A stretch of 64,000 nt of DNA, taken from Eledone cirrhosa. Lineage: Eukaryota. Of this stretch, positions 1 through 13,600 are shown piece by piece. The stretch covers positions 260,338,001 through 260,402,000 of the forward strand of contig OZ024741.1 in NCBI GenBank assembly GCA_964016885.1. Reading direction: 5' to 3'. The notes under the pieces are model-generated. The model was not told where the DNA came from. It made no database searches and was given only the letters and a program-made list of their open reading frames with translations. Position numbers and translations under genes: made by a program. The stretch's first letter is position 1; the number at the start of each line of letters is the position of its first letter.

Positions 1-2384
1 TTTCGACTTACGAATGTTTTGGCTTACGAGTGTTTCGGCTTACGAGTGTTTCGGCTTATGAGTGTTTCGACTTACGAGTGTTTTGACTTATGGTGTTTCG
101 GCTTACGAGTGTTTCGACTTACGGGTGTTTCGACGTAAGAGTGTTTCGACTTACGAGCGCTTCGACTTACGAGTGTTTCGACTTACGAGTGTTTCGGCGT
201 ACGAGTGTTTTGACTTACGAGTGTTTCGACTTACGAGTGCTTTGACTTACGAATGTTTTGAATTACTTCGACTTACGAGTGATCTGACTTACGAGTGTTC
301 CTACTTACGAGTGTTTCGACTTACGAGTGTTTCGACTTGCGAGTGTTTTGACTTACGAGTGTTTCGACTTACGAGTGTTCTGACTTACGAGTGTTCTGAC
401 TTACGAGTGTTCCGACTTACGAGTGTTTCGACTTACGAGTGTTTTGACTTACGAATGTTCTGACTTACGGGTGTTTCGCCTTACGAGTGTTTTGACTTAC
501 GGGTGTTTCGACTTACGAGTGTTTTGACTTACGAATGTTCTGACTTACGGGTGTTTCGGCTTACGAGTGTTTCGACTTACGAGTGTTTTAACTTACGGGT
601 GTTTCGACTTACACGTGTTTCGGCTTGCGAGTGTTTCGACTTACGAGTATTTCGACTTACGAGTGTTTCGACTTACGAGTGTTCTGACTTACGGGTGTTC
701 CGACTTACGAGTGTTTCGGCTTACGATTATTTTGACTTGCGATTGTTTGGCTTACGAATGTTTCGACTTACGAGTGTTTCGACTTACGAGTGTTTTGACT
801 TACGGTGTTTCGGCTTACGAGTGTTTCGACTTACGAGTGTTTTGACTTACGGGTGTTTTGACATACGAGTGTTTCGATACGAGTGTTCTGACTTACGAGT
901 GTTCTGACTTACGAGTGTTCTGACTTACGGGTGTTCTGACTTACGAGTGTTCCGACTTACGAGTGTTTCGGCTTATGAGGGTTTCGACTTACGAGTGTTT
1001 CGGCTTACGAGTGTTTCGACTTACGAATGTTTTTGCTTACGAGTGTTTCGGCTTACGAGTGTTTCGACTTACGAGTGTTTCGTCTTACGAGTGTTTTGAC
1101 TTACGGTGTTTCGGCTTACGAGTGTTTCGACATACGAGTGTTTTGACGTAGGGTGTTTCGACTTACGGGTGTTTCGACTTAAGAGTGTTTCGACTTACGA
1201 GCGCTTCGACTTACGAGGGTTTCGACTTACGAGTGTTTCGGCGTACGAGTGTTTCGACTTACGAGTGTTTCGACTTACGAGTGTTTCGACTTACGAGTGT
1301 TTCGACTTACGAGTGTTTTGACTTACGAGTGTTTTGACTAACGGTGTTTCTGCTTACGAGTGTTTCGACTTACGAGTGTTATGACTTACGGGTGTTTTGA
1401 CATACGAGTGTTTCGATACGAGTGTTTCGACTTACGAGTGTTACGAGTGTTCTGACTTACGAGTGTTTCGACTTACGAGTGTTCTGACCTATGAGTGTTC
1501 TGACTTACGAGTGTTTCGACTTACGAGTGTTTTGACTTACGGGTGTTTCGAATTACGAGTGTTTCGAGTTACGAGTGTTTCGAGTTACGAGTGTTTCGAC
1601 TTACGAGTGTTTTTACTTACGAATGTTCTGAGTTGCGGGTGTTTCGGCTTACGAGTGTTTCGACTTACGAGTGTTTTAACTTACGGGTGTTTCTACTTAC
1701 GAGTGTTTCGACTTACGAGTGTTCTGACCTATGAGTGTTCTGACTTACGAGTGTTTCGACTTACGAGTGTTTCGACATGCAAGTGTTTCGACTTACGAGT
1801 GTTTCGACTACAAATGTTCCGACTTACGAGTGTTTCGACTTACGAGTGTTTCGACTTACGAGTGTTCTGACTTACGGGTGTTCCGACTTCGAGTGTTTCG
1901 GCTTACGATTGTTTTGACTTACGATTGTTTTGGCTTACGAATGTTTCGACTTACGAGTGTTTCGACTTACGAGTGTTTTGACTTACGAGTGTTTTGACTT
2001 ACGGGTGTTTTGACATACGAGTGTTTCGATACGAGTGTTCTGACTTACGAGTGTTCTGACTTACGAGTGTTCCGACTTACGAATGTTTCGGCTTATGAGG
2101 GTTTCGACTTACGAGTGCTTCGGCTTACGAGTGTTTCGACCTACGAGTGTTTCGGCTTACGAGTGTTTTGACTTACGAATGTTTTGGCTTACGAGTGTTT
2201 CGGCTTACGAGTGTTTCGAATTACGAGTGTTTCGACTTACGAGTGATTTGACTTACGGTGTTTCGGCTTACGAGTGTTTCGAGTACGAGTGTTTTAACTT
2301 ACGGGTGTTTCGACTTACGCGTGTTTCGACTTACGAATGTTCCGACTTACGAGTGTTTCGACTTACGAGTGTTTCGACTTACGA

Positions 2385-2453
2385 AAATAACAAGTAGACG
2401 CGGTTTCAAATATCTATGCTTTTCAAATTCATTACATTAATCTTTATTTATAC
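2385..2453. repeat. 69-bp AT-rich non-satellite element, copy 1
   Basis: AAATAACAAGTAGACGCGGTTTCAAATATCTATGCTTTTCAAATTCATTACATTAATCTTTATTTATAC between ...GACTTACGA and GTTTCGCTTTACGAG. Confidence 0.95.
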
Positions 2454-3396
2454 GTTTCGCTTTACGAGTGTTTCGGCGTACGAGTGTTTCGACTTACGAG
2501 TGTTTTGACTTACGTGTGTTTCGGCTTACGAGTGTTTTGACTTACGAGTGTTTTGACTTACGGGTGTTTCGGCTTACGAGTGTTTCGACTTACGAGTGTT
2601 CTGACTTACGACTGTTCCGACTTACGAGCGTTCCGACTTACGAGTGTTTCGGCTTACGAGTGTTCCGACTTACGAGTGTTTCGACTTACGAGTGTTTTGA
2701 CTTACGGTGTTTCGGCTTACGAGTGTTTTGACTTACGAGTGTTTTGACTTACGGGTGTTTTGACATACGAGTGTTTCGATACGAGTGTTCTGACTTACGA
2801 GTGTTCTGACTTACGAGTGTTCTGACTTACGAGTGTTCTGACTTACGAGTGGTCTGACTTACGGGTGTTCTTACTTACGAGTGTTTCGACTTACGAGTGT
2901 TTTGACTTACGAGTGTTTTGACTAACGGTGTTTCTGCTTACGAGTGTTTCCACTTACGAGTGTTATGACTTACGGGTGTTTTGACATACGAGTGTTTCGA
3001 TACGAGTGTTTCGACTTACGAGTGTTACGATTGTTCTGACTTACGAGTGTTCCGACTTACGAGTGTTCCGACTTACGAGTGTTCCGACTTACGAGTGTTT
3101 CGGCTTACGAGTGTTTCGGCTTACGAGTGTTTCGACTTACGAATGTTTTGACATACGAGTGTTCCGACTTACGGGTGTTTCGACTTACGAGTGTTTTGGC
3201 TTACGGTGTTTCGGCTTACGAGTGTTTCGAGTTACGAGTGTTTTGACATACGAGTGTTTCGATACGAGTGTTCTGACTTACGAGTGTTCTGACTTACGAG
3301 TGTTCTGACTTACGAGTGTTCTGACTTACGAATGTTCCGACTTTACAAGTGTTTCGGCTGACGAGTGTTTCGGCTTATGAGTGTTTCGACTTACGA

Positions 3397-3465
3397 AAAT
3401 AACAAATAGACGCGGTTTCAAATCTCTATGCTTTTCAAATTCATTACATTAATCTTTATTTATAC
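3397..3465. repeat. 69-bp AT-rich non-satellite element, copy 2
   Basis: Same element (AAATCTCTATGC variant) with identical junctions. Confidence 0.95.
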
Positions 3466-4894
3466 GTTTCGCTTTACGAGTGTTTCGACTTACGAGTGTT
3501 TCGACATACGAGTGTTTCGGCTTACGAGTTTTTTTTATTTACGAGTGTTTTGACTTACGGGTGCTTCGACTTACGCGTGTTTCGACTTACGAGTGTTTCG
3601 ACTTACGAGTGTTTCGGCTTATGAGTGTTTCGACTTACGAGTGCTTCGACTTACGAGTGTTTCGGCTTACGGGTGTTTCGACTTACGAATGTTTTTGCTT
3701 ACGAGTGTTTTGGCTTACGAGTGTTTCGGCTTATGAGTGTTTCGACTTACGAGTGTTTTGACTTACGGGTGTTTTGACATACGAGTGTTTCGATACGAGT
3801 GTTCTGACTTACGAGTGTTTCCGCTTACGAGTGTTTCGGCTTACGAGTGTTTCGACTTACTAATGTTTTTACTTACGAGTGTTTCGGTGTACGAGTGTTT
3901 CGACTTAAGTATGTTCCGACTTACGAATGTTTCGGTTTACGAGTGTTTCGACACACGAGTGTTTTGACTTACGGGGGTTTCGACTTACGGGTGTTTCGAC
4001 ATACGAGTGTTTCGGCTTACGAGTGTTTCGACTTACTAATGTTTTTACTTACGAGTGTTTCGGTGTACGAGTGTTTCGACTTAAGGCTGTTTCGACTTAC
4101 GAGTGTTTCGACTTACGAGTGTTTCGGCCTACGTGAGTTTCGACTTAAGGGTGTTTTGACTTACGGGTGTTGTGAATTACGAGTGTTCCGATTTACGAGT
4201 GTTTTGACTTACGGTGTTTCGGCTTACGAGTTATTCGACTTACGAATGTTTTGACTTACGGGTGTTTCGGCTTACGAGTGTTTCGACTTACGAGTGTTTC
4301 GGCTGGCGAGTGTTTCGACTTACGAGTGTTTTGACTTAAGGGTGTTTCGACTTACGAGTGTTTCGACTTACGAGTGTTTCGACTTACGAGTGTTTCGGCT
4401 TACGAGTGTTTTGACTTAAGGGTGTTTCGACTTACGAGTGTTTCGATACGAGTGTTTCGACTTACGAGTGTTCTGACTTACGACTGTTCCGACTTACGAG
4501 TGTCTCGGCTTACGAGTGTTTCGGCTTACGAGTGTTTCGACTTACGAGTGTTTCGACTTACGAGTGTTCCGACTTACGGGTGTTTCGACTTACGAGTGTT
4601 TTGGCTTACGGTGTTTCGACTTACGAGTGTTTCGGCTTAGGAGTGTTTTGACTTAAGGGTGTTTCGACTTACGAGTGTTTCGATACGAGTGTTTCGACTT
4701 ACGAGTGTTTCGGCTTACGAGTGTTTCGACTTACGAGTGTTCCGACTTACGGGTGTTTCGACTTACGAGTGTTTCGATACGAGTGTTCTGACTACGAGTG
4801 TTCTGAATTACGAGTGTTCTGACTTACGAGTGTTCTGACTTACGAGTGTTCCGACTTTACGAGTGTTTCGGCTTACGAGTGTTTCGACTTAAGA

Positions 4895-4963
4895 AAATAA
4901 CAAATAGACGCGGTTTCAAATCTCTATGCTTTTCAAATTCATTACATTAATCTTTATATATAC
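4895..4963. repeat. 69-bp AT-rich non-satellite element, copy 3
   Basis: Same element; 3' end reads TCTTTATATATAC. Confidence 0.95.
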
Positions 4964-5646
4964 GTTTCGCTTTACGAGTGTTTCGACTTACGAGTGTTTC
5001 GACATACGTGTGTTTCGACTTACGAATGTATTTGCTTACGGGTGTTTCGACTTACGAATGATTTTGCTTACGAGTGTTTCGGTTTACGAGTGTTCCGACT
5101 TACGAGTGTTCCGACTTACGAGTGTTTCGGCTTACGAGTGTTTCCGGCTTACGAGTGTTTCGACTTACGTGTGTTCTGACTTACGAGTGTTCTGATTTAC
5201 GGATGTTTCGACACACGAGTGTTTCGAATTACGAGTGTTTCGATACGAGTGTTTCGACTTACGAGTGTTCTGACTTACGAGTGTTCTGACTTACGAGTGT
5301 TCTGACTTACGAGTGTTCCGACTTACGAGTGTTCCGACTTACGAGTGTTTCGGCTTACGAGTGTTTCGGCTTACGAGTGTTTCGACTTACGAATGTTTCG
5401 ACTTACGAGTGTTCCGACTTACGGGTGTTTCGACTTACGAGTGTTTTGGCTTACGGTGTTTCGGCTTACGAGTGTTTCGAGTTACGAGTGTTTTGACTTA
5501 CGCGTGTTTTGACATACGAGTGTTTCGATACGAGTGTTCTGACTTACGAGTGTTCTGACTTACGAGTGTTCTGACTTACGAGTGTTCCGACTTTACGAGT
5601 GTTTCGGCTCACGAGTGTTTCGGCTTACGAGTGTTTCGACTTACGA

Positions 5647-5714
5647 AAATAAAAATAGACGCGGTTTCAAATCTCTATGCTTTTCAAATTCATTACATTA
5701 ATCTTTATTTATAC
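5647..5714. repeat. 68-bp AT-rich non-satellite element, copy 4
   Basis: Same element with a 1-bp deletion (AAATAAAAATAGACG). Confidence 0.95.
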
Positions 5715-7370
5715 GTTTCGCTTTACGAGTGTTTCGACTTACGAGTGTTTCGACATACGAGTGTTTCGGCTTACGAGTGTTTTGATTTACGAGTGTTTTG
5801 ACTTACGTGTGCTTCGACTTACGCGTGTTTCGACTTACGAGTGTTTCGACTTACGAGTGTTTCGACTTATGAGTGTTTCGGCTTACGAGTGTTTTGACTT
5901 ACGAATGTTTTGACTTACGATTGTTTCGGCTTACGAGTGTTTCGACTTACGAGTGTTCTGACTACGAGTGTTCTGACTTACGGGTGTTCTGACTTACGAG
6001 TGTTCCGACTTACGAGTGTTTCGGCTTATGAGTGTTTCGACTTACGAGTGCTTCGACTTACGAGTGTTTCGGCTTACGGGTGTTTCGACTTACGAATGTT
6101 TTTGCTTACGAGTGTTTCGGCTTACGAGTGTTTTGGCTTATGAGTGTTTCGACTTACGAGTGTTTTGACTTACGGGTGTTTTGACATACGAGTGTTTCGA
6201 TACGAGTGTTCTGACTTACGAGTGTTTCCGCTTACGAGTGTTTCGGCTTACGGGTGTTTCGACTTACTAATGTTTTTACTTACGAGTGTTTCAGTGTACG
6301 AGTGTTTCGACTTAAGGATGTTTCGACTTACGAGTGTTTCGACTTACGAGTGTTTCGACTTACGAGTGTTTCGACTTACGAGTGTTTTGGCTTACGAATG
6401 TTTTGACTTACGGGTGTTTCGACTTACGTGTGTTTCGGCTTACGAGTGTTTCGACTTACGAGTGTTTTGACTTACGAGTGTTCTGACTTACGAGTGTTCT
6501 GACTTAAGAGTGTTCCGACTACGAGTGTTCTGACTTACGGGTGTTCTGACTTACGAGTGTTCCGACTTACGAGTGTTTCGGCTTATGAGTGTTTCGACTT
6601 ACGGGCGTTTCGACTTACGGGTGTTTCGACTTACGAGTGTTTTGACTTACGAGTGTTCTGACTTACGAGTGTTCTGACTTACGAGTGTTCCGACTTACGA
6701 CTGTTTCGTCTTACGAGTGTTTTGACTTACGAGTGATCCGACTTACGAGTGTTTCGGCTTACGGGTGTTTCGACGTACGAGTATTTTTGGCTTACGAGTG
6801 TTTCGACTTACGAGTGTTTTGAATTACGATTGTTTCGGCTTACGAGTGTTTCGTCTTACGAGTATTTCGACTTACGAGTGTTTTGACTTATGGGTGTTTT
6901 GACATACGAGTGTTTCGATACGAGTGCTCTGACTTACGAGTGTTCTGACTTACGAGTGTTCTGACCTACGAGTGTTCTGACTTACGGGTGTTCTGACTTA
7001 CGTGTGTTTCGACTTACGAGTGTTTCGGCTATGGGTGTTTCGACTTACGAGTGTTTCGACTTACGAATGTTTTGTCTTACGAGTGTTTCGGCTTACGAGT
7101 GTTTCGACTTACGAATGTTTTGGCTTACGAGTGTTTCGGCTTACGGGTGTTTCGACTTACGAGTGTTTCGACATATGAGTGTTTCGACTTACGAGTGTAC
7201 TGACTTACGAGTGTTCTGACTTACGATTGTTCCGACTTACGAGTGTTTCGGCTTACGAGTGTTTCGACTTACTAATGTTTTTACTTACGAATGTTTCGAT
7301 GTACGAGTGTTTCGACTTAAGGCTGTTTCGACTTACGAGTGTTTCGACTTACGAGTGCTTCGACTTACGA

Positions 7371-7439
7371 AAATAACAAATAGACGCGGTTTCAAATCTC
7401 TATGATTTTCAAATTCATTACATTAATCTTTATTTATAC
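7371..7439. repeat. 69-bp AT-rich non-satellite element, copy 5
   Basis: Same element; CTATGATTTTC variant. Confidence 0.95.
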
Positions 7440-7699
7440 TTTTCGCTTTACGAGTGTTTCGACTTACGAGTGTTTCGACATACGAGTGTTTCGACTTCCG
7501 AATGTTTTTGCTTACGGGTGTTTCGACTTACGAATGTTTCGGCTTACGAGTGTTTCGGCTTACGAGTGTTCCGACTTAGGAGTGTTTCGGCTTACGAGTG
7601 TTTCCGGCTTACGAGTGTTTCGACTTACGAGTGTTTCGGCTTATGAGTGTTTCGACTTACTAATGTTTTTACTTACGAGTGTTTCGGCTTTCGAGTGTT

Positions 7700-10600
7700 T
7701 TGACTTACGAGTGTTTTGACTTACGGGTGTTGTGAATTACCAGTGTTCCGATTTACGAGTGTTTTGACTTACGGTGTTTCGGCTTGCGAGTGTTTCGGCT
7801 TACGAGTGTTTCCGGCTTACGAGTGTTTCGACTTACGAGTGTTTCGACTTTCGAGTGTTTTGACTTACGGTGTTTCGGCTTGCGAGTGTTTCGACTTACG
7901 AGTGTTTCGGCTTATGAGTGTTTCGACTTACGAGTGTTCTGACTTACGAGTGTTCTGACTTACGAGTGTTCCGACTTACGAGTGTTTCGGTTTACGAGTG
8001 TTTCGACATACGAGTGTTTTGACTTACGGGTGTTTCGACTTACGGGTGTTTCGACTTACGAGTGTTTCGGCTTACGAGTGTTTCGACTTACTAATGTTTT
8101 TACTTACGAGTGTTTCGGTGTACGAATGTTTTGACTTAAGGATGTTTCGACTTACGAGTGTTTCGACTTACGAGTGTTCTGACTTACGAGTGTTCTGACT
8201 TACGAGTGTTCCGACTTACGAGTGTTTCGGTTTACGAGTGTTTCGACATACGAGTGTTTTGACTTACGGGTGTTTCGACTTACGGGTGTTTCGACTTACG
8301 AGTGTTTCGGCGTTCGAGTGTTTTGACTTACGAGTGTTTCGACTTACGAGTGTTTTGACTTACGAATGTTTTGACTTACGGGTGTTTCGGCTTACGGGTG
8401 TTTCGACTTACGAGTGTTTCGACTTATGAGTGTTTCGACTTACGAGTGTTCTGACTTACGAGTGTTCTGACTTACGAGTGTTCCGACTTACGAGTGTTTC
8501 GGTTTACGAGTGTTTCGACATACGAGTGTTTTGACTTACGGGTGTTTCGACTTACGGGTGTTTCGACTTACGAGTGTTTCGGCTTACGAGTGTTTCGACT
8601 TACTAATGTTTTTACTTACGAGTGTTTCGGTGTACGAATGTTTTGACTTAAGGATGTTTCGACTTACGAGTGTTTCGAGTTACGAGTGTTTCGGCTTACG
8701 TGAGTTTCGACTTAAGAGTGTTCTGATTTACGAGTGTTCTGATTTGCGGGTGTTCTGATTTACGAGTGTTCCGACTTACGAGTGTTTCGGCTTATGAGTG
8801 TTTCGACTTACGAGTGTTTCGGCTTACGAGTGTTTCGACTTATGGGTGTTTCGACTTACGAGTGTTTTTACTTACGGTGTTTCGGCTTACGAGTGTTTCG
8901 ACATACGAGTGTTTTGACTTACGGGTGTTTCGGCTTACGAGTGTTTCGACTTACGAGTGTTTCGGCTTACGAGTGTTTCGACTTACTAATGTTTTTACTT
9001 ACGAGTGTTTCGGCGTACGAGAGTTTTGACTTACGAGTGTTTCGACTTACGAGTGTTTTGACTTACGAATGTTTTGACTTACGGGTGTTTCGGCTTATGA
9101 GTGTTTCGACTTACGAGTCTTTCGGCTTACGAGTGTTTCGACTTACTAATGTTTTTACTTACGAGTGTTTCGGCGTACGAGTGTTTCGACTTACGAGTGT
9201 TTCGACTTACGGGTGTTTTGACTTACGGGTGTTTCGGCTTACGAGTGTTTCGACTTACGAGTGTTTTGACTTAAGGGTGTTTCGACTTACGAGTATTTTT
9301 GGCTTACGAGTGTTTCGACTTACGAGTGTTTTGACTTACGAGTGTTCTGATTTACGGATGTTTCGACATACGAGTGTTTCGACTTACGAGTGTTTCGGCT
9401 TACGAGTGTTTCGACTTACGAGTGTTTTGACTTACGGTGTTTCGGCTTACGAGTGTTTCGACTTACGAGTGTTTTGACTTACGGGTGTTTTGACATACGA
9501 GTGTTTCGATACGAGTGTTCTGACATACGAGTGTTCTGACTTACGAGTGTTTTGACTTACGAGTGTTCTGACTTACGAGTGTTCCGACTTACGAGTGTTC
9601 CGACTTACGAGTGTTTCGGCTTACGAGTGTTTCCGGCTTACGAGTGTTTCGACTTCCGAGTGTTTTGACTTACGGTGTTTCGGCTTACGAGTGATTCGAC
9701 TTACGAGTGTTTTGACTTACGGGTGATTTGACTTACGGGTGTTTTGAATTACGAGTGTTCCGATTTACGAGTGTTTTGACTTACGGTATTTCCGCTTACG
9801 AGTGATTCGACTTACGAATGTTTTGACTTACGGGTGTTTCGGCTTGCGAGTGTTTCGACTTACGAGTGTTTCGGCTTATGGGTGTTTCGACTTACTAATG
9901 TTTTTACTTACGAGTGTTTCGGCGTACGAGTGTTTTGACTTACGAGTGTTTCGACTTACGAGTGTTTCGACTTACGAGTGTTTCGGCTTACGTGAGTTTC
10001 GACTTAAGAGTGTTCTGATTTACGAGTGTTCTGACTTGCGGGTGTTCTGATTTACGAGTGTTCCGACTTACGAGTGTTTCGGCTTATTAGTGTTTCGACT
10101 TACGAGTGTTTCGGCTTACGAGTGTTTCGACTTATGGGTGTTTCGACTTACGAGTGTTTTTACTTACGGTGTTTCGGCTTACGAGTGTTTCGACATACGA
10201 GTGTTTTGACTTACGGGTGTTTCGACTTACGAGTGTTTTTACTTACGAGTGTTTCGGCGTACGAGTGTTTCGACTTACGAGTGTTTCGACTTACGGGTGT
10301 TTTGACTTACGGGTGTTTCGGCTTACGAGTGTTTTGACTTACGAGTGTTTTGACTTAAGGGTGTTTCGACTTACGAGTATTTCTGGCTTACGAGTGTTTC
10401 GACTTACGAGTGTTTTGACTTACGAGTGTTCTGATTTACGGATGTTTCGACATACGAGTGTTTCGACTTACGAGTGTTTCGACTTATGAGTGTTTCGACT
10501 TACGAGTGTTTCGGCTTATGAGTGTTTTGACTTACGAGTGCTTCGGCTTACGAGTGTTTCGACTTACGAGTATTTCGGCTTACGAGTGTTTCGACGTACG

Positions 10601-13600
10601 AATGTTTTGGCTTACGAGTGTTTCGGTTTATGAGTGTTTCGGCTTACGAGTGTTTCGACTTACGAGTGTTTCGGCTTACGAGTGTTTCAGTGTTTCGGCT
10701 TACGTGTGTTTCGACTTACGACTGTTTCGACTTACGACTGTTTCGGCTTACGAGTGTATCGGCTTACGAGTGTTTCGGCTTACGAGTGTTTTGACTTACG
10801 AGTGTTTTGACTTACGATTGTTTGGCTTACGAGTGTTCTGACTTACGGGTGTTCTGACTTACGAGTGTTCCGACTTACGAGTGTTTCGGCTTATGAGGGT
10901 TTCGACTTACGAGTGCTTCGGCTTACGAGTGTTTCGACTTACGAGTGTTTCGGCTTACGAGTGTTTCGACTTACGAGTGTTTCGACTTACGAGTGTTTTG
11001 ACTTACGGTGTTTCGGCTTACGAGTGTTTCGACATACGAGTGTTTTGACGTACGGGTGTTTCGACTTACGGGTCTTTCGACTTAAGAGTGTTTCGACTTG
11101 CGAGTGTTTCGGCTTATGAGGGTTTCGACTTACGAGTGCTTCGGCTTACGAGTGTTCTGACTTACGGGTGTTCTGACTTACGAGTGTTCCGACTTACGAG
11201 TGTTTCGGCTTATGAGGGTTTCAACTTACGAGTGTTATGACTTACGGGTGTTTTGACATACGAGTGTTTCGACTTACGAGTGTTTTGACTTACGGGTGTT
11301 TTGACTTACGGGTGTTTTGACTTACGAATGTTTTGACTTACGGGTGTTTCGGCTTACGAGTGTTTCGACTTACGAGTGTTTCGGCTTACGAGTGTTTCGA
11401 CTTACTAATGTTTTTACTTACGAGTGTTTCGGCGTACGAGAGTTTTGACTTACGAGTGTTTCGACTTACGAGTGTTTCGACTTACGAGTATTTTGACTTA
11501 CGAATGTTTTGACTTACGGGTGTTTCGGCTTACGAGTGTTTCGACTTACGAGTCTTTCGGCTTACGAGTGTTTTGACTTACGAGTGTTTTGACTTAAGGG
11601 TGTTTCGACTTACGAGTATTTTTGGCTTACGAGTGTTTCGACTTACGAGTGTTTTGACTTACGAGTGTTCTGATTTACGGATGTTTCGACATACGAGTGT
11701 TTCGACTTACGAGTGTTTCGACTTATGAGTGTTTCGACTTACGAGTGTTTCGACTTACGAGTGTTTCGGCTTATGATTGTTTCGACTTACGAGTGTTTTG
11801 ACTTACGGTGTTTCAGCTTACGAGTGTTTCGACTTACGAGTGTTTTGACTTACGGGTGTTTTGACATACGAGTGTTTCGATACGAGTGTTCTGACTTACG
11901 AGTGTTCTGACTTACGAGTGTTTTGACTTACGAGTGTTCTGACTTACGAGTGTTCCGACTTACGAGTGTTCCGACTTACGAGTGTTTCGACTTACGAGTG
12001 TTTCGACTTTCGAGTGTTTTGACTTACGGTGTTTCGGCTTGCGAGTGTTTCGACTTACGAGTGTTTTGACTTACGGGTGTTGTGAATTACCAGTGTTCCG
12101 ATTTACGAGTGTTTTGACTTACGGTGTTTCGGCTTACGAGTGTTTCGGCTTACGAGTGTTTCCGGCTTACGAGTGTTTCGACTTACGAGTGTTTCGACTT
12201 TCGAGTGTTTTGACTTACGGTGTTTCGGCTTGCGAGTGTTTCGACTTACGAGTGTTTCGGCTTATGAGTGTTTCGACTTACTAATGTTTTTACTTACGAG
12301 TGTTTCGGCGTTCGAGTGTTTTGACTTACGAGTGTTTCGACTTACGAGTGTTTTGACTTACGAATGTTTTGACTTACGGGTGTTTCGGCTTACGGGTGTT
12401 TCGACTTACGAGTGTTTCGACTTATGAGTGTTTCGACTTACGAGTGTTCTGACTTACGAGTGTTCTGACTTACGAGTGTTCCGACTTACGAGTGTTTCGG
12501 TTTACGAGTGTTTCGACATACGAGTGTTTTGACTTACGGGTGTTTCGACTTACGGGTGTTTCGACTTAAGAGTGTTTCGGCTTACGAGTGTTTCGACTTA
12601 CTAATGTTTTTACTTACGAGTGTTTCGGTGTACGAATGTTTTGACTTACGAGTGTTTTGACTTACGAGTGTTCTGATTTACGGATGTTTCGACATACGAG
12701 TGTTTCGACTTACGAGTGTTTCGACTTACGAGTGTTTCGGCTTACGTGAGTTTCGACTTAAGAGTGTTCTGATTTACGAGTGTTCTGACTTGCGGGTGTT
12801 CTGATTTACGAGTGTTCCGACTTACGAGTGTTTCGGCTTATGAGTGTTTCGACTTACGAGTGTTTCGGCTTACGAGTGTTTCGACTTATGGGTGTTTCGA
12901 CTTACGAGTGTTTTTACTTACGGTGTTTCGGCTTACGAGTGTTTCGACATACGAGTGTTTTGACTTACGGGTGTTTCGGCTTACGAGTGTTTCGACTTAC
13001 GAGTGTTTCGGCTTACGAGTGTTTCGACTTACTAATGTTTTTACTTACGAGTGTTTCGGCGTACGAGAGTTTTGACTTACGAGTGTTTCGACTTACGAGT
13101 GTTTTGACTTACGAATGTTTTGACTTACGGGTGTTTCGGCTTATGAGTGTTTCGACTTACGAGTCTTTCGGCTTACGAGTGTTTCGACTTACTAATGTTT
13201 TTACTTACGAGTGTTTCGGCGTACGAGTGTTTCGACTTACGAGTGTTTCGACTTACGGGTGTTTTGACTTAGGGGGGTTTCGGCTTACGAGTGTTTCGAC
13301 TTACGAGTGTTTTGACTTAAGGGTGTTTCGACTTACGAGTATTTTTGGCTTACGAGTGTTTCGACTTACGAGTGTTTTGACTTACGAGTGTTCTGATTTA
13401 CGGATGTTTCGACATACGAGTGTTTCGACTTACGAGTGTTTCGACTTATGAGTGTTTCGACTTACGAGTGTTTCGGCTTACGAGTGTTTCGACTTACGAG
13501 TGTTTTGACTTACGGTGTTTCGGCTTACGAGTGTTTCGACTTACGAGTGTTTTGACTTACGGGTGTTTTGACATACGAGTGTTTCGATACGAGTGTTCTG

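Noticed and set aside
2385-2453. 69-bp element as an active MITE or SINE
   Set aside because: It has only a 6-bp AT-rich inverted match (AAATAA/TTATTT), no clean TSD (removing the TACG-bounded segment does not restore a monomer), and no poly(A) tail or A/B boxes. Identical phase in all copies indicates passive duplication.
4926-5195. ATG-initiated ORFs beginning in the insert (MLFKFITLIFIYTFRF..., signal-peptide-like)
   Set aside because: The hydrophobic start reflects T-rich composition, the ATG is ACG in copies 7 and 8, and the rest is satellite translation of variable length.
2385-7439. Possible CRISPR-like repeat-spacer array
   Set aside because: The recurring 69-bp element is separated by 0.7-1.7 kb of satellite rather than short unique spacers. 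The 16-bp monomers have no spacers, and there are no cas genes.
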